This document shows, in pieces, positions 49,000 through 58,787 of a DNA stretch of 64,000 bases; position 1 is the first letter of the stretch; every line of letters starts with the position of its first letter. Below the pieces are notes generated by a model that did no database searches, was not told where the DNA came from, and saw only the letters and a program-made list of their open reading frames with translations. Source of the DNA: an uncultured delta proteobacterium (GTDB taxonomy: Bacteria > Myxococcota_A > Polyangia > Polyangiales > Polyangiaceae); assembly GCA_963841435.1 (NCBI GenBank), contig CAWJCS010000005.1:544001-608000 (forward strand), read 5' to 3'. The translations under genes were made by a program, and so were the position numbers.

Positions 49000-49884
49000 A
49001 TGCTATCTCGCCTCTGGAGGTTCGGTTCCGTGGCTCGTGCTCTCTCGTTTTTCCTGGTTTCGCTCGTGCTGCTTGCCTGCGGTCACTCCGAGGAGGAGTG
49101 GCAGGCCGAGCTCGCGAAGTACAACAACCTCGTCGCTCAGCATCAGCGGGAGATGGCGACGCGCCAGGCGACCGAGGAATCACTCGGCCAGGCCCAGGCG
49201 CGGGTGGCGGCGCTCAAGGGCGAGCTCGAGAAGATGGGCGTGAGCATGGAGTCGCTCAACGAGCAGGTGCAGCAGACTGGCACGCAGAACGAGGCGCTCG
49301 CCAAGAGCGTTCAGGACATGCAGCGCGCGCTCGACGAGTACAAGACGCGCGCGGCGCAGCTCGAGCGCATCAAGCAACGCTTCGAGCTCCTGCAGCAGAA
49401 GCTCAAGAAGCTGACGGAGCTCGGCCTCAAGGTGGAGATCCGCAGGAACCGCATGGTGATCCGCCTGCCGGGCGACGTGCTGTTCGCTTCGGGGCAGGCC
49501 AAGCTCCGCCCCGAAGGCAAGCAGGTGCTCGACCAGGTGGCGGAGGTGATCCGCAACGACAAGCAGCTGGAGGCTCGCTACTTCCAGGTGGCGGGCCATA
49601 CCGACAACAAGCCGCTCGTCGGGGGGCGGTTCCTCGACAACTGGGGGCTCTCCGTGATGCGGGCCCGAGAGGTGCTCGTGTACCTGGTGACGCCTTTCGA
49701 CCCGAAGGACCCGAAGAAGAGCGGCGGGGGTCTGTCGCCGACCCGCCTACATGCCGCCGGCTACGGGGAGACCGACCCCGTGGTGAAGAACGACACCGAC
49801 GAGGGCAGGCAGCAAAATCGGCGTGTCGAGCTCGTGCTGATGCCGGATGTCGAGGAAATGCTTGATCTTAGGTCGCTGCTTTGA
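49000..49884 (+). CDS. OmpA/MotB-family peptidoglycan-binding lipoprotein with a coiled coil
   Basis: Lipobox LLAC, heptad region, VLFASG, VAGHTDN, NWGLS..RA and NRRVE. Confidence 0.88.
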   Translation: MLSRLWRFGSVARALSFFLVSLVLLACGHSEEEWQAELAKYNNLVAQHQREMATRQATEESLGQAQARVAALKGELEKMGVSMESLNEQVQQTGTQNEALAKSVQDMQRALDEYKTRAAQLERIKQRFELLQQKLKKLTELGLKVEIRRNRMVIRLPGDVLFASGQAKLRPEGKQVLDQVAEVIRNDKQLEARYFQVAGHTDNKPLVGGRFLDNWGLSVMRAREVLVYLVTPFDPKDPKKSGGGLSPTRLHAAGYGETDPVVKNDTDEGRQQNRRVELVLMPDVEEMLDLRSLL

Positions 49885-49977
49885 AAGGTGAAACTCCGGC
49901 CGGTCAGCTGGCGTAGCAGTACCGTCATGCTGTCCGTCGCTGGCACACCCGCTTGGGGCGGTCTAGGGATCGGCGGT

Positions 49978-50535
49978 GTGGACACGCGAGCGGACGTCGC
50001 GACGCTCGAAGAGCTCATGGAGCGGTACGTCGAGGGGAGCCCCAAGGCGTTCGACGAGCTCTATCGCCGCGTTTCCCCGAACTTGATGGGATACCTCCTG
50101 CGCCTGACGCGCGACAGGGGGCGCGCCGAGGATCTGTTGCAGGTGACCTTCTCGAAGGTGCACCGCGCGCGCGCGAGCTACCTGCGCGGTGCCCCGATCT
50201 TGCCGTGGCTGTTCGCCATCGCGCGGCGATCATTTCTGGACGAGCGCCGCTCGGCACGTTCGCGCAGCGAGGATCTTTCCCCCGACGGCACGCTGCCCGA
50301 GCCGCGGCCGGAGCCTGAAGGTGTTTCGAACAACGTCTCGGACGCCATCGAGCGCGCGGTCGACGCGTTGCCCGAAGCGTACCGTGAGGCGATCCAGCTC
50401 ACCAAAATTTCTGGCCTCAGCATCGCCGAGGCCGCATCCGTGCTCGACTCCAGCGAAACGGCGGTAAAGCTCCGGGTGCACCGGGGCTACAACCTGCTGC
50501 GCAAAGAGCTCGAGCGTTTCTCGAGGAGCCGATGA
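49978..50535 (+). CDS. ECF sigma-70 factor
   Basis: AFDELY, AEDLLQVTF and WLFAIAR; region 4 LPEAYREA..GLS..EAA...AVKLRVHRG. Start uncertain. Confidence 0.9.
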   Translation: MDTRADVATLEELMERYVEGSPKAFDELYRRVSPNLMGYLLRLTRDRGRAEDLLQVTFSKVHRARASYLRGAPILPWLFAIARRSFLDERRSARSRSEDLSPDGTLPEPRPEPEGVSNNVSDAIERAVDALPEAYREAIQLTKISGLSIAEAASVLDSSETAVKLRVHRGYNLLRKELERFSRSR

Positions 50536-51230
50536 GCGAAAAAGAGCCGCTCGACGATCTTCCGTGGCCGAAGCCGGTGGAGCCGGGCGTGGCAGTGAGC
50601 GACACGATCCGGCACCAGTGCACGCACCGCCTGAGCGGTCAGCGTTGCGCGCGGGCGCACCAGCGCGCGGCGCTGTCGCTGCTGTTGCCCACGCTCGTGA
50701 TTGGTCTTTTGAGCTGGTTCGGCGCCACGCACTCCGAGTCCGAGGCCACGCTGCGCACGGCGCTGTTCGGGGTCGCGGGCTGGGCCGTCGTGCTCGTGGC
50801 CGTGCTCGCCGCGGGCCTCGCCACGCCGCCCGGGCGCCGTCCGGCGCGAGCCGTGCGGCTCGTGATCGCCGTGATGGTGCCGGTTCTGTTCGTGCTCTAC
50901 ATCACGGCGACGGCACAGGCGCACGAGACGTTCGGCGCGTTCTCACACGGGGCGACGGCGGAGCACGCCGTCCGCTGTGGCGCGTTCTGCCTCGCGCTCG
51001 GCGCGATCGTTTCGGGAGGCGTGCTCTTGCTCTGGCGTGGTACGGATCCGCTGTCGCCGGGGCTTTCGGGTGCGTTCGCCGGGCTCGTCGGGGGGCTGAG
51101 CAGTGCGCTCGCGGTGGGGGTCGCCTGTCCGAGCCACGAGGCGTGGCACGTCGGGCTTTCACATGGGCTCGTGGTGGTGGCGATGGTGGGGTTGGGTGCT
51201 GCGGTGGGGCGACGACTGCTCGCACCGTGA
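50532..51230 (+). CDS. NrsF/DUF1109-like membrane anti-sigma factor
   Basis: ATGA overlap with the sigma gene, about 6 TM helices, Cys in VRCGAFC and ACP, and a downstream H...H. Confidence 0.65.
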   Translation: MSEKEPLDDLPWPKPVEPGVAVSDTIRHQCTHRLSGQRCARAHQRAALSLLLPTLVIGLLSWFGATHSESEATLRTALFGVAGWAVVLVAVLAAGLATPPGRRPARAVRLVIAVMVPVLFVLYITATAQAHETFGAFSHGATAEHAVRCGAFCLALGAIVSGGVLLLWRGTDPLSPGLSGAFAGLVGGLSSALAVGVACPSHEAWHVGLSHGLVVVAMVGLGAAVGRRLLAP

Positions 51231-51730
51231 AGAAAAGCCACCGTCTGCTCGACATCTTGATCTGGACCGCGCTCGCGGCTTCCGTCGTCGTGCTCGTGCG
51301 CCGGCGTTCGTCCGGCCCCGACGAAGGCACCGAGGCGGCGCCCATCAGGCTGGCGCTGCTGGGAGAGGACGGCCATTTCGACCTCGCGAGCCAACGGGGC
51401 AAGCCCGTCGTGCTCGAGGTATTCGCGAGCTGGTGCGGCACCTGCCGCCGTGCGACACCCGTGCTCGCTCAGGCGTACCGCGACCACGGCAGCGAAAAGG
51501 CGACGTTCCTCGGTGTGAGCGTCAACGACTCACCCGCGGCGGCCCTGCGCGCGCAAAAGGAGTGGGACATCCCCTATCCGGTGGCGCTCGACGACGGACA
51601 GGTGGCGCGCGCGTACCACGTGTCGCTCTTGCCGACGGTCGTGCTCATCGATCGCGACGGCAAGGTGCGGCGCGCCTCGGCGGGCGTGCCCACGCGCGAC
51701 GAGCTCGATCGGTTCATCGCCGGGGAGTGA
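51227..51730 (+). CDS. TlpA/ResA-like thiol-disulfide oxidoreductase
   Basis: GTGA overlap; N-terminal anchor, GKPVVLEVFASWCGTC and LPTVVLIDRDG. Confidence 0.88.
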   Translation: MKKSHRLLDILIWTALAASVVVLVRRRSSGPDEGTEAAPIRLALLGEDGHFDLASQRGKPVVLEVFASWCGTCRRATPVLAQAYRDHGSEKATFLGVSVNDSPAAALRAQKEWDIPYPVALDDGQVARAYHVSLLPTVVLIDRDGKVRRASAGVPTRDELDRFIAGE

Positions 51731-51853
51731 CGTGCCGGCGCGCAGGGCAGCGGCGTGCGACGCCCTGGCGCCTCCCAGAGCGGCTCGAGCGCGGCGCCCG
51801 ACGTGGGCCCGCTGACGCAGGCGGAACCGTCGGCGTGCCGCCGCCGTGAACGG

Positions 51854-52666
51854 CTACGGGCTCGAGGCGGGGGCCGGCGCGGGCGGCACGGGCGGGTGGC
51901 CCGGCGGCGGCTTGAGCATGACGGTGTGGCGGCTCGAGCCGCTCGTGAGGGGGATGGGCACCGCGGAGCCGAGCGGCACGACGGAGCCGCTCGGGGCTCC
52001 CGAGAGGCTCGGAGGGGGCATGAGCTGCGACCCGAAGGCACCCTCGGCGCCAGAAGGCGTGGCGTGGAAGGTGCCGTCATCGGGCTCGCGCGACATGACC
52101 TTCCAGAGCGAGCCCGAGCGCTCGAGCTTGAGCAGGCTCACATCCTTCTTGCCGCCGGGCATCTCGGTGGTCACTCGCACGACGGCGCTCGTGGCCTGAC
52201 GCTCGAGCAGGGCCGGCGTGCTGGCGACACCCTTTTCCATGTGCTTGCGCTCCATGGCGCATTCCTGGCTCTTCGCGTCACAGTCGGCCTTCGCCTTCTG
52301 CACGGCCACGAGGGCGGAGCCGCTCGCTAGCTCGGCGGCGCCGTCGAAATCGAGCTGCAACAGTCGCTGCTGCATTTCGAGCGCGGCGTCCTTCGGCTCG
52401 CGTGCCAGCTCCTCGGTCTTGACGGCGCGCGGGCGGCGCGTTTCACGCGGCGGGTGGTAGTTGCACCCGCCCCGCGCAAACCCCCAAAGGACGAGCGTCA
52501 CGACGCCCATGAAGCCGAGCACGACGAGCGTCAGCTTGTCGGGCGCGTCGATCTGGTCTTCGTTCTCGGGCAGCGGGGGCCTCGGGCGCTTGATCTTCTT
52601 CGACCGCGCGCCGGTCCGCCTGGCACTCTTCGTGTCCGTCGCGCCTTCGTCCGCCTCGCTCACCAT
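51854..52666 (-). CDS. Single-TM hypothetical protein with a Pro-rich tail
   Basis: Basic N-terminus, one TM helix and a globular region; the best coding-like frame in this interval. Confidence 0.6.
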   Translation of the reverse strand: MVSEADEGATDTKSARRTGARSKKIKRPRPPLPENEDQIDAPDKLTLVVLGFMGVVTLVLWGFARGGCNYHPPRETRRPRAVKTEELAREPKDAALEMQQRLLQLDFDGAAELASGSALVAVQKAKADCDAKSQECAMERKHMEKGVASTPALLERQATSAVVRVTTEMPGGKKDVSLLKLERSGSLWKVMSREPDDGTFHATPSGAEGAFGSQLMPPPSLSGAPSGSVVPLGSAVPIPLTSGSSRHTVMLKPPPGHPPVPPAPAPASSP

Positions 52667-52771
52667 GGGGGCTCTTGAAACCACGCGGACGGGGGCCGCG
52701 CAACAACGATCGGCAGGGTTTTACCCCCAAAACCGGGAAACCGCCCACCGCGGGCGACCGACTGGCCCGCC

Positions 52772-53680
52772 ATGCGCCATCTCGTGCCCTCCTTGCTCGT
52801 CATCGGCTGCTCGGCCGGGGCCCCGCTCCCGCCCCCGGCGGCCGCCCTGAACCGTGCCGGCATCGAAGCGCTGGCCCAAGGCGACCTCGAGACGGCCGAC
52901 GCCCGGTTCAGCGTGGCCCTCGAATACAGCCCGCGGTTCGTCGACGCGCTCGTGAACCTCGGCACCGTCGAGCTCGAGCGGGGCAACTTCGGCCGGGCGA
53001 GTGTGCTCTTCGAGCGGGCACGGCGCCTCAATCCCAACGTCGCGGAGCCGCACCACGCGCTCGGTGTGCTCGCCGAACGCGAGCGCCGGCCCGATCGAGC
53101 CTCCGAGCACTACTACGAGGCGCTGCGCGTCGACCCGGGCTTCGCGCCCGCGCGCCACAACCTCGCGCGCTTGCTCTTCCAAGCGGGCGACCTGGAGGAA
53201 GCGCTCGTTCAATACCAGCGTCTCGTCGAGATCGCACCCGACGATCCGGCCGCCGCCGCCGGCATCGTCGAAACGCTCACGCGGCTCGGCCGCACGCACG
53301 AGGCCGAGGCGCGGCTCGCCCCCGCGCTCGCTCGCCATCCGGACGATCCCTCGCTCCTCGTGCTCGCCGCGCGCGCCGAGCTGCGAGCGCATCACATCGA
53401 GTCGGCCATCGCGCGACTCCGTCCCCTCGGCGCGCGGCACGACGAGCACGGCGCGACCGCGCTCGCCTGGCTCGCCCTGGCCGAGCTCCTACGAGAAAAG
53501 CCGCGCGCCGCGGTCGACGCCGCGAGCCGCTCACTCGCGCTCGACGGCGAGCAGGAGGTGGCGACCTTCGCCCTCGCCGTCGCGCTCACCAACCTCGGCG
53601 CGCCCGAGGCCGCGAGCTGGGTCGCGCGAGCGCGTCAAATCGCCCCCCACGACCCGCTGCTCGCGCGACTCGCACGCTGA
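52772..53680 (+). CDS. TPR-repeat lipoprotein
   Basis: Lipobox VIGC and repeated A..NLG / A...P units. Confidence 0.82.
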   Translation: MRHLVPSLLVIGCSAGAPLPPPAAALNRAGIEALAQGDLETADARFSVALEYSPRFVDALVNLGTVELERGNFGRASVLFERARRLNPNVAEPHHALGVLAERERRPDRASEHYYEALRVDPGFAPARHNLARLLFQAGDLEEALVQYQRLVEIAPDDPAAAAGIVETLTRLGRTHEAEARLAPALARHPDDPSLLVLAARAELRAHHIESAIARLRPLGARHDEHGATALAWLALAELLREKPRAAVDAASRSLALDGEQEVATFALAVALTNLGAPEAASWVARARQIAPHDPLLARLAR

Positions 53681-53705
53681 ATGCTATGAACCGGGCGTGC
53701 ACCGC

Positions 53706-54356
53706 GTGAGCCCGTCCGCGCGCGACCGCGAGCGTTTCATTGCGCTCGTGGGCGTCTGCGATCGACGGCTCGGCCACACCTTCCTCGCCAAGGGCGCGCG
53801 TCTGTACGGATTCGGCATCGCGGCAAGCTACGCCATCCTGCTCTTGTTCGACCCCGCCGACCCGCTGCCGATCCTCCGCCGCGCCCTCGGCACGCTCGCG
53901 TGGATCGTCGGAGGGCTCGTGAGCCTCGCCGCGGCGAAGGACGCCGGCGCCGACACCACGAGCGGGCTCGCGTTGCTAGCCCGCCAGCGTGGCGTGACCC
54001 GGCACGAACTCGAAGCGGCCCGCTGGGTCGGCAGCGCGCTGCGCATCGCGCGGCTCACCGGTGTGCCGGCGCTCGCGCTCGCCGCGATCGCCGCGGCGCA
54101 CGCACCGGCAAGCGTGGGCCTCGCCGAGCCGCTGCACTGGGCCCTCGGCTCGGCGGGGTTCGCGATCGCGCTCGGCGTCGGCCTCGCGACGCTCGCGCGG
54201 GGGGCAGCGTGGCTCTCGCCCGAGCGCGGGCGCATCGCGCTCGTCTGCCTCGTGGTTCTGCCCGTTTTGGCGGCCGAGCTCTGGCCCGCGGCGCCGCGGC
54301 TCGATGCCGCCTACGGGCGACTGCTCGCACTGACGCTCGGGCGGGGGGCGGCGTGA
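53706..54356 (+). CDS. Multi-TM hypothetical protein (ABC-2 permease-like)
   Basis: About 5 hydrophobic segments; GTGA overlap with the next gene. Start uncertain. Confidence 0.6.
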   Translation: MSPSARDRERFIALVGVCDRRLGHTFLAKGARLYGFGIAASYAILLLFDPADPLPILRRALGTLAWIVGGLVSLAAAKDAGADTTSGLALLARQRGVTRHELEAARWVGSALRIARLTGVPALALAAIAAAHAPASVGLAEPLHWALGSAGFAIALGVGLATLARGAAWLSPERGRIALVCLVVLPVLAAELWPAAPRLDAAYGRLLALTLGRGAA

Positions 54357-55414
54357 GCGAGCTCGTGCTGGAGCGCGTGGGCCAGGGCGCACTCGTGCTC
54401 GCCGACGCGCGGTTCGGGCCGGGGCTGCACGTCGTGGTGGGCGACGCCGCCGCCGCCCTTTCAACACTCGTCAACCTCGTCGCGGGCACGTCGTCGCCCC
54501 GTCGCGGCCGTGTCCTGTGTGACGGCAAGAACCCGCACGCCTCACCCGAAGCGCGCGCGGGTATCGCGGCGCTGCTCGCCACCGAAACGCTACCGATGGC
54601 GACGACGGTCGCCGCCGCCGTGGAGCGGGTGCTCCTCGCGCGGGGCCAGGCACCGTCGCCAACGGCCCTGCTCGCCGAGCAAGGCCTCGAGGCTTGGGCC
54701 CGACGCCGGCCCGCCGATCTCGACGCCGCCGAGCGCCGGAGGGTCGCGCTGGCGCTCGCCCTCGCGCACCCGCGCCCCGCGGTGATGGCGCTGTTCGAGC
54801 CGTTCCAGGCGAACGGCGCTGCTTCGTCGGAGCCGCTCCGCGCCGCGTTGCTCGGCCGCGCGGCGGGCGGCGCCGTCGTGCTCGTCGCGACGACCAATCC
54901 GACGGCGCTCCGCGCGGTACCCGCCGCTCGGCTGTCGCTCCAGGGCGGAACGCTCGTACCGGCTCGACCCGAGGCGCTTCTCGCGCCCGGCCTCGCGTCG
55001 CTTCGTGTGCAGAGCGACGCGCCCCAGCGCCTCGTCCACGCGCTCTCGGCCGACGAGAGCGTGAGCGGCGTTCACTGGCACGAGGGGGCAGAGCCGGGCG
55101 TCGTCGTCGCGTTCGGGCCCGAGCTCGAAGCGCTCGCGGCGAGCGTCGCGCGCGCCGCCGAGACGTCGGGCGCGTCGCTCGAGCGTCTCTTCCCCGCGAC
55201 GGCGCCGCGCCCGCCGGCACCCGGCGCGCCGCCGCCCGCGGCGGCGCAAGCAATGGCGCCCGGCGCGCCGCCCCTGCCCTGGCCGTCGACGCCGAGCGGT
55301 GCGCCGCCTGCGGCACCCGACGCGACGAGCTCGAGAGCTCCCGACCAGTCCGTCCGCATGCCAACGTCCTTTGCGGATCCCACGCGGCCGAGCGGCGAAA
55401 ACGGTGACCGATGA
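54353..55414 (+). CDS. Degenerate ABC ATPase-like protein (catalytic motifs eroded)
   Basis: ABC scaffold is retained (STLVNLVAG...P..GRV..DG; ERRRVALALAL; GAVVLVAT), but Walker A reads GDAAAALST, the signature LDAAE and Walker B MALFEP. Confidence 0.7.
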   Translation: MSELVLERVGQGALVLADARFGPGLHVVVGDAAAALSTLVNLVAGTSSPRRGRVLCDGKNPHASPEARAGIAALLATETLPMATTVAAAVERVLLARGQAPSPTALLAEQGLEAWARRRPADLDAAERRRVALALALAHPRPAVMALFEPFQANGAASSEPLRAALLGRAAGGAVVLVATTNPTALRAVPAARLSLQGGTLVPARPEALLAPGLASLRVQSDAPQRLVHALSADESVSGVHWHEGAEPGVVVAFGPELEALAASVARAAETSGASLERLFPATAPRPPAPGAPPPAAAQAMAPGAPPLPWPSTPSGAPPAAPDATSSRAPDQSVRMPTSFADPTRPSGENGDR

Positions 55415-56088
55415 GCGTCTGGCTCGGCACCCGCATCACCCTCGACGCGCTCCGACGCCCCGCGGTGTGGGTCCTCGCGGCGCTCGGTGCGCTCTTCGTC
55501 GTCGGGCTCGGGCTCGTCGAGCGTACCCAGGAGCCCGTGCATGCCGCGGATCGCACGCTGCTCGGCGTAGCGTTCGGCTTCGTCGCTCCGCTCTGGTGCT
55601 ACGTCGCGTTCGAGGCGGTGCACCAGCGGCAGAGGACGCGCGCGCTCACCTTCCCCGTCGCGCGCCACGGACGCAGTCGGCGCGCCGTAGCGCTCGGGCT
55701 GCTCGGCGCGCTCGGCGCCGTTTGCGCCACGACGGGCGGCGTTCTCGGGCTGCTCGCGATCTTGGCCTCGCGGCCCGTCGTCGCAGCTGGCTTCGCCGCC
55801 GACCTCTACGCCTCACTGTGGGGTGGAGCGGCCATCGGGGCAGCGTATGCCGGGCTCTTCGCGGTGGGGTCGCTCTTCGGCCGCCCGGGACGCCTCGTGG
55901 CCCTTGCAGCGGACTTTCTCCTCGGGTCGGGCGCCGGCTACCTGGCGCTGCCGTTTCCGCGCGCGAGCGCCCGCGATTTGCTCGGGGGGGAGCCCGTGCT
56001 CGGTCTGCCGCAACTGACGGCGCTCTTTTGCCTGTTCGCGCTGAGTCTCGCGGGTCCCCTGATTGCCGCGGCGCGCGAGCCACGTTGA
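55411..56088 (+). CDS. Multi-TM protein (ABC-2 permease-like)
   Basis: ATGA overlap, about 6 TM helices and a PVARHGRSR loop. Confidence 0.62.
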   Translation: MSVWLGTRITLDALRRPAVWVLAALGALFVVGLGLVERTQEPVHAADRTLLGVAFGFVAPLWCYVAFEAVHQRQRTRALTFPVARHGRSRRAVALGLLGALGAVCATTGGVLGLLAILASRPVVAAGFAADLYASLWGGAAIGAAYAGLFAVGSLFGRPGRLVALAADFLLGSGAGYLALPFPRASARDLLGGEPVLGLPQLTALFCLFALSLAGPLIAAAREPR

Positions 56089-56102
56089 CGTAGGGCGAGA
56101 CG

Positions 56103-56831
56103 GTGGCAAAGTACCCGCGAGTGCGCGGTATCGCCTGCGAATTTCCCGGCTTCCACAGTTTGGAGGCTGCCATCGAACGCGGTGCTGACGAGCACGAGCT
56201 CGACCTGCCGTGCTGTCAGGCGGTGTCGGACGGTGAATGGCTCGTCGTCACGATCGTCGTGGGCGACGCATGCACGGCGGTGGCGAGCCACGCCGAAGAT
56301 CGGGGCACCGGCGTACGCCTCACCTTCGTCGAGCGCGACTGGCAGCGGCTCGTGGCCTTCGCCGCCGACGGCAGCCCTCCGTCACTACCACCGAGCACGC
56401 CCGAGGCCGTCCCCCACCCCGTGCAGGCCGCGCCCGGCACGCGCGTGCTGATCGTCGACGACGATCGGGCGCTGCAGTCGATCGTGAGCCGCATGCTCGA
56501 GGGCTCGGGGATCTCGGCGCTTCACGCGGAGAGTGCCGAAGAGGCCTGGGACCTCATCGCGGGCGATCCGGTCGATCTGATGGTGCTCGACTGGTCGCTG
56601 CCCGGCATGAGTGGGCTCGATCTGTGCAAGAAGGTGCGGGAAGACGAGCGGCTCGGCCCGCTGCCGATCCTGTTTCTTACCTCGCACTCGGGCAGCGACG
56701 ATCTGGTGTCGGCGTTCGACGCGGGCGCCGACGACTTCGTGAGCAAGCCCTTCCGAGCCCCCGAGCTCAAGGCGCGCGTGCTCGGGCTGCTGCGTCGCAC
56801 GCGGTCCGCCATCCCGTTTGCGCCGAGCTGA
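56103..56831 (+). CDS. Response regulator with an N-terminal PilZ-like domain and a C-terminal receiver
   Basis: RVLIVDDD, LDWSLPGMSG, LTS and GADDFVSKPF; no DNA-binding output domain. Confidence 0.8.
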   Translation: MAKYPRVRGIACEFPGFHSLEAAIERGADEHELDLPCCQAVSDGEWLVVTIVVGDACTAVASHAEDRGTGVRLTFVERDWQRLVAFAADGSPPSLPPSTPEAVPHPVQAAPGTRVLIVDDDRALQSIVSRMLEGSGISALHAESAEEAWDLIAGDPVDLMVLDWSLPGMSGLDLCKKVREDERLGPLPILFLTSHSGSDDLVSAFDAGADDFVSKPFRAPELKARVLGLLRRTRSAIPFAPS

Positions 56832-56967
56832 CGCGCTTCTTGCGACGACTCACGAGTCGAAGCCGCGCCCTCGGGATCGTCTCTCCGCCCGAACGGTCTT
56901 GCGACGCTCGTGAGTCGGAGAACAAGGGGCACCAGCCGCGCTGGGCCCCGTTTTCGGTTGGCCCTGG

Positions 56968-58554
56968 CTAGAGATTTTCCCGAAAAGCTTCCGCGGGGCG
57001 AAGCCGCGCGGCGTACTGGGCCGGGCGGAGCGTCGCCACGAGGCACACGAGGATGGCGAACAGCCCGACCATCGCGAAATCGCTCGCGCGCATCAGCACA
57101 GGGAGCTTCGAGATGAAGTAGACCTTCGGATCGAGCGGCAGACCGTACACCGTGAGGAGCTTGCAGATGCCGTAGCCGAGCGCGAGGCCGCACAGCGTGC
57201 CGACGATGCCGATGATGCCGCCCTGGTACAAGAACGCCCGCAGAACGGCGCTGTTCCTCGCGCCCATCGCCTTGAGCACCGCGATCTCGCGCTTCTTGTC
57301 GAGCACCACCATGATGAGCGTCGCGATCACGGTGAACGCCGCCACGACGATGATGAGCGCAAGCACGAGACTCATCAGGATTTGCTGGATGCGAAGCGCC
57401 GTGAAGAGCCCGTGGTTCAGCTCCTCCCAGTCGAGTGTGTGATAGACGCCGTTGGCGAGCTTGGCGTCGACGAGACCCTTGACGTCTCGCGCGTGGTCGA
57501 TGTCGGCCACCTTCATTTCCACGCCGGTCACACTGTCGCCCGAGTCGTAGAACGCCTGCGCCTCGTAGAGGTCGGTGTAGACGAGCTTCGAATCGTACTG
57601 GTCGAACCCCGCATCGAAGATCGCGATCACGCGAAATTGCTTGGCGACGGGCGCGTGCATCGCGCCACGCGCGTAGACGAAGCCGATCGTCGGCGAGGTG
57701 ACCTGGATGCAGGCGCCGAGGTCGGCGTTGAGGTTCTTGGCGAGCGTCGACCCGACGACGATGCCCGGCAGGCGCGCCACCGCGCTCGGGCTCTTGCACG
57801 GATCGGGGTCGAGCTCCTCGGGGATCACGTCGTCCTCCGGGAGCTTCGCGCTGAAGCCGCCGTCCGGCTCGATCGCGCCCACGGGGGCGTCGGGCGGCAG
57901 ATCGGCAAGAATGTCGGGGTCACCCGCGTCGAGCGGCTCGTCCAGATCGGCGAGAGGATCCCCGAGAGCGGGCGCGCCGCCGTCCTTTTTCGCGGGGTCG
58001 CGCGCCATGAGCTCGAGTTCCGTGAGCAGCCCACCGGTCTTGCCCGGTGTCCCCGCGTCGGCGCCCTTCTTGGGCGGCGGCTCGATGCCGATCGAGCTTT
58101 GACGGCGGCGCTCGGGCGGCTTCGCGCTGTCGAGTCGCAGGCCGTGGAGGTTTCCCTTCACGATGTGCCGCGGAAGGTCCAGGACCGACTGGACACGCGC
58201 CGGATCGATGCCCTTGAGCAACACGCCCGTGGCCGTGCGGCTACCGTGCGTCACCATCATGGGGTTGATGACGAAGGGCGCGACGCCGATAACACCGGGC
58301 ACGGTGCGCACCTGGTCCATGACTTTTCGGTACTCGCGAAAGTCGCTCGAGTACTTGAGCACGAGGACGTGGGCGTTCACGCCGAGCACCTTCTCGCGAA
58401 ACTCCGCGCGGAAGCCGCCCGTCACGCTGATCACCGTCGCGAGCGCCGCAACGCCGAGCGCCACACCGAGGATCGCGAAAAGCGTGCCGACCGACACGCT
58501 CGCCTGCTTTTTCGAGCGCATGTATCGGAGGGCGAGCGAGAGGGGGAAACCCAT
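56968..58554 (-). CDS. LolC/E-family lipoprotein-release permease with a large periplasmic insertion
   Basis: ALRYMRSKK, GVALGVAAL..V.SVTGGF, IIVVAAF, KKREIAVLKAMGA and VYFISKLP. Confidence 0.9.
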   Translation of the reverse strand: MGFPLSLALRYMRSKKQASVSVGTLFAILGVALGVAALATVISVTGGFRAEFREKVLGVNAHVLVLKYSSDFREYRKVMDQVRTVPGVIGVAPFVINPMMVTHGSRTATGVLLKGIDPARVQSVLDLPRHIVKGNLHGLRLDSAKPPERRRQSSIGIEPPPKKGADAGTPGKTGGLLTELELMARDPAKKDGGAPALGDPLADLDEPLDAGDPDILADLPPDAPVGAIEPDGGFSAKLPEDDVIPEELDPDPCKSPSAVARLPGIVVGSTLAKNLNADLGACIQVTSPTIGFVYARGAMHAPVAKQFRVIAIFDAGFDQYDSKLVYTDLYEAQAFYDSGDSVTGVEMKVADIDHARDVKGLVDAKLANGVYHTLDWEELNHGLFTALRIQQILMSLVLALIIVVAAFTVIATLIMVVLDKKREIAVLKAMGARNSAVLRAFLYQGGIIGIVGTLCGLALGYGICKLLTVYGLPLDPKVYFISKLPVLMRASDFAMVGLFAILVCLVATLRPAQYAARLRPAEAFRENL

Positions 58555-58771
58555 GGAGGCCGCGCGGATCTACCACCCCCGCCGCCGGGGGCCGTCGACG
58601 CTGGCGGCGAGGCGGTGTGGCGTCAGGACCCGGCGGCGGGGGACGGAGTGACCGGCCCGTGACGCCGGGGTCCGCAACGGTTGCGCACCCTCACCCATTC
58701 GGGTGCCAGCGAACACCCTGAAAACACTGAGAAATTATGGCAGGCCGGACGGCCGAAGCCTGCACTGGACT

Positions 58772-58787
58772 AGGCTCGCCACTTGCA
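58772..58787 (+). promoter_or_regulatory. Candidate sigma-54 (-24/-12) promoter for the kinase gene
   Basis: aGGctcgccacttGCa has GG and GC separated by 10 nt; an AT-rich tract lies at about 58719-58739 upstream. Confidence 0.4.

Noticed and set aside
49000-49884. motB as part of a flagellar or gliding motor together with the ExbB-like gene
   Set aside because: It has a lipobox and coiled coil rather than the MotB TM Asp helix, and it is separated from the tonB unit by a terminator.
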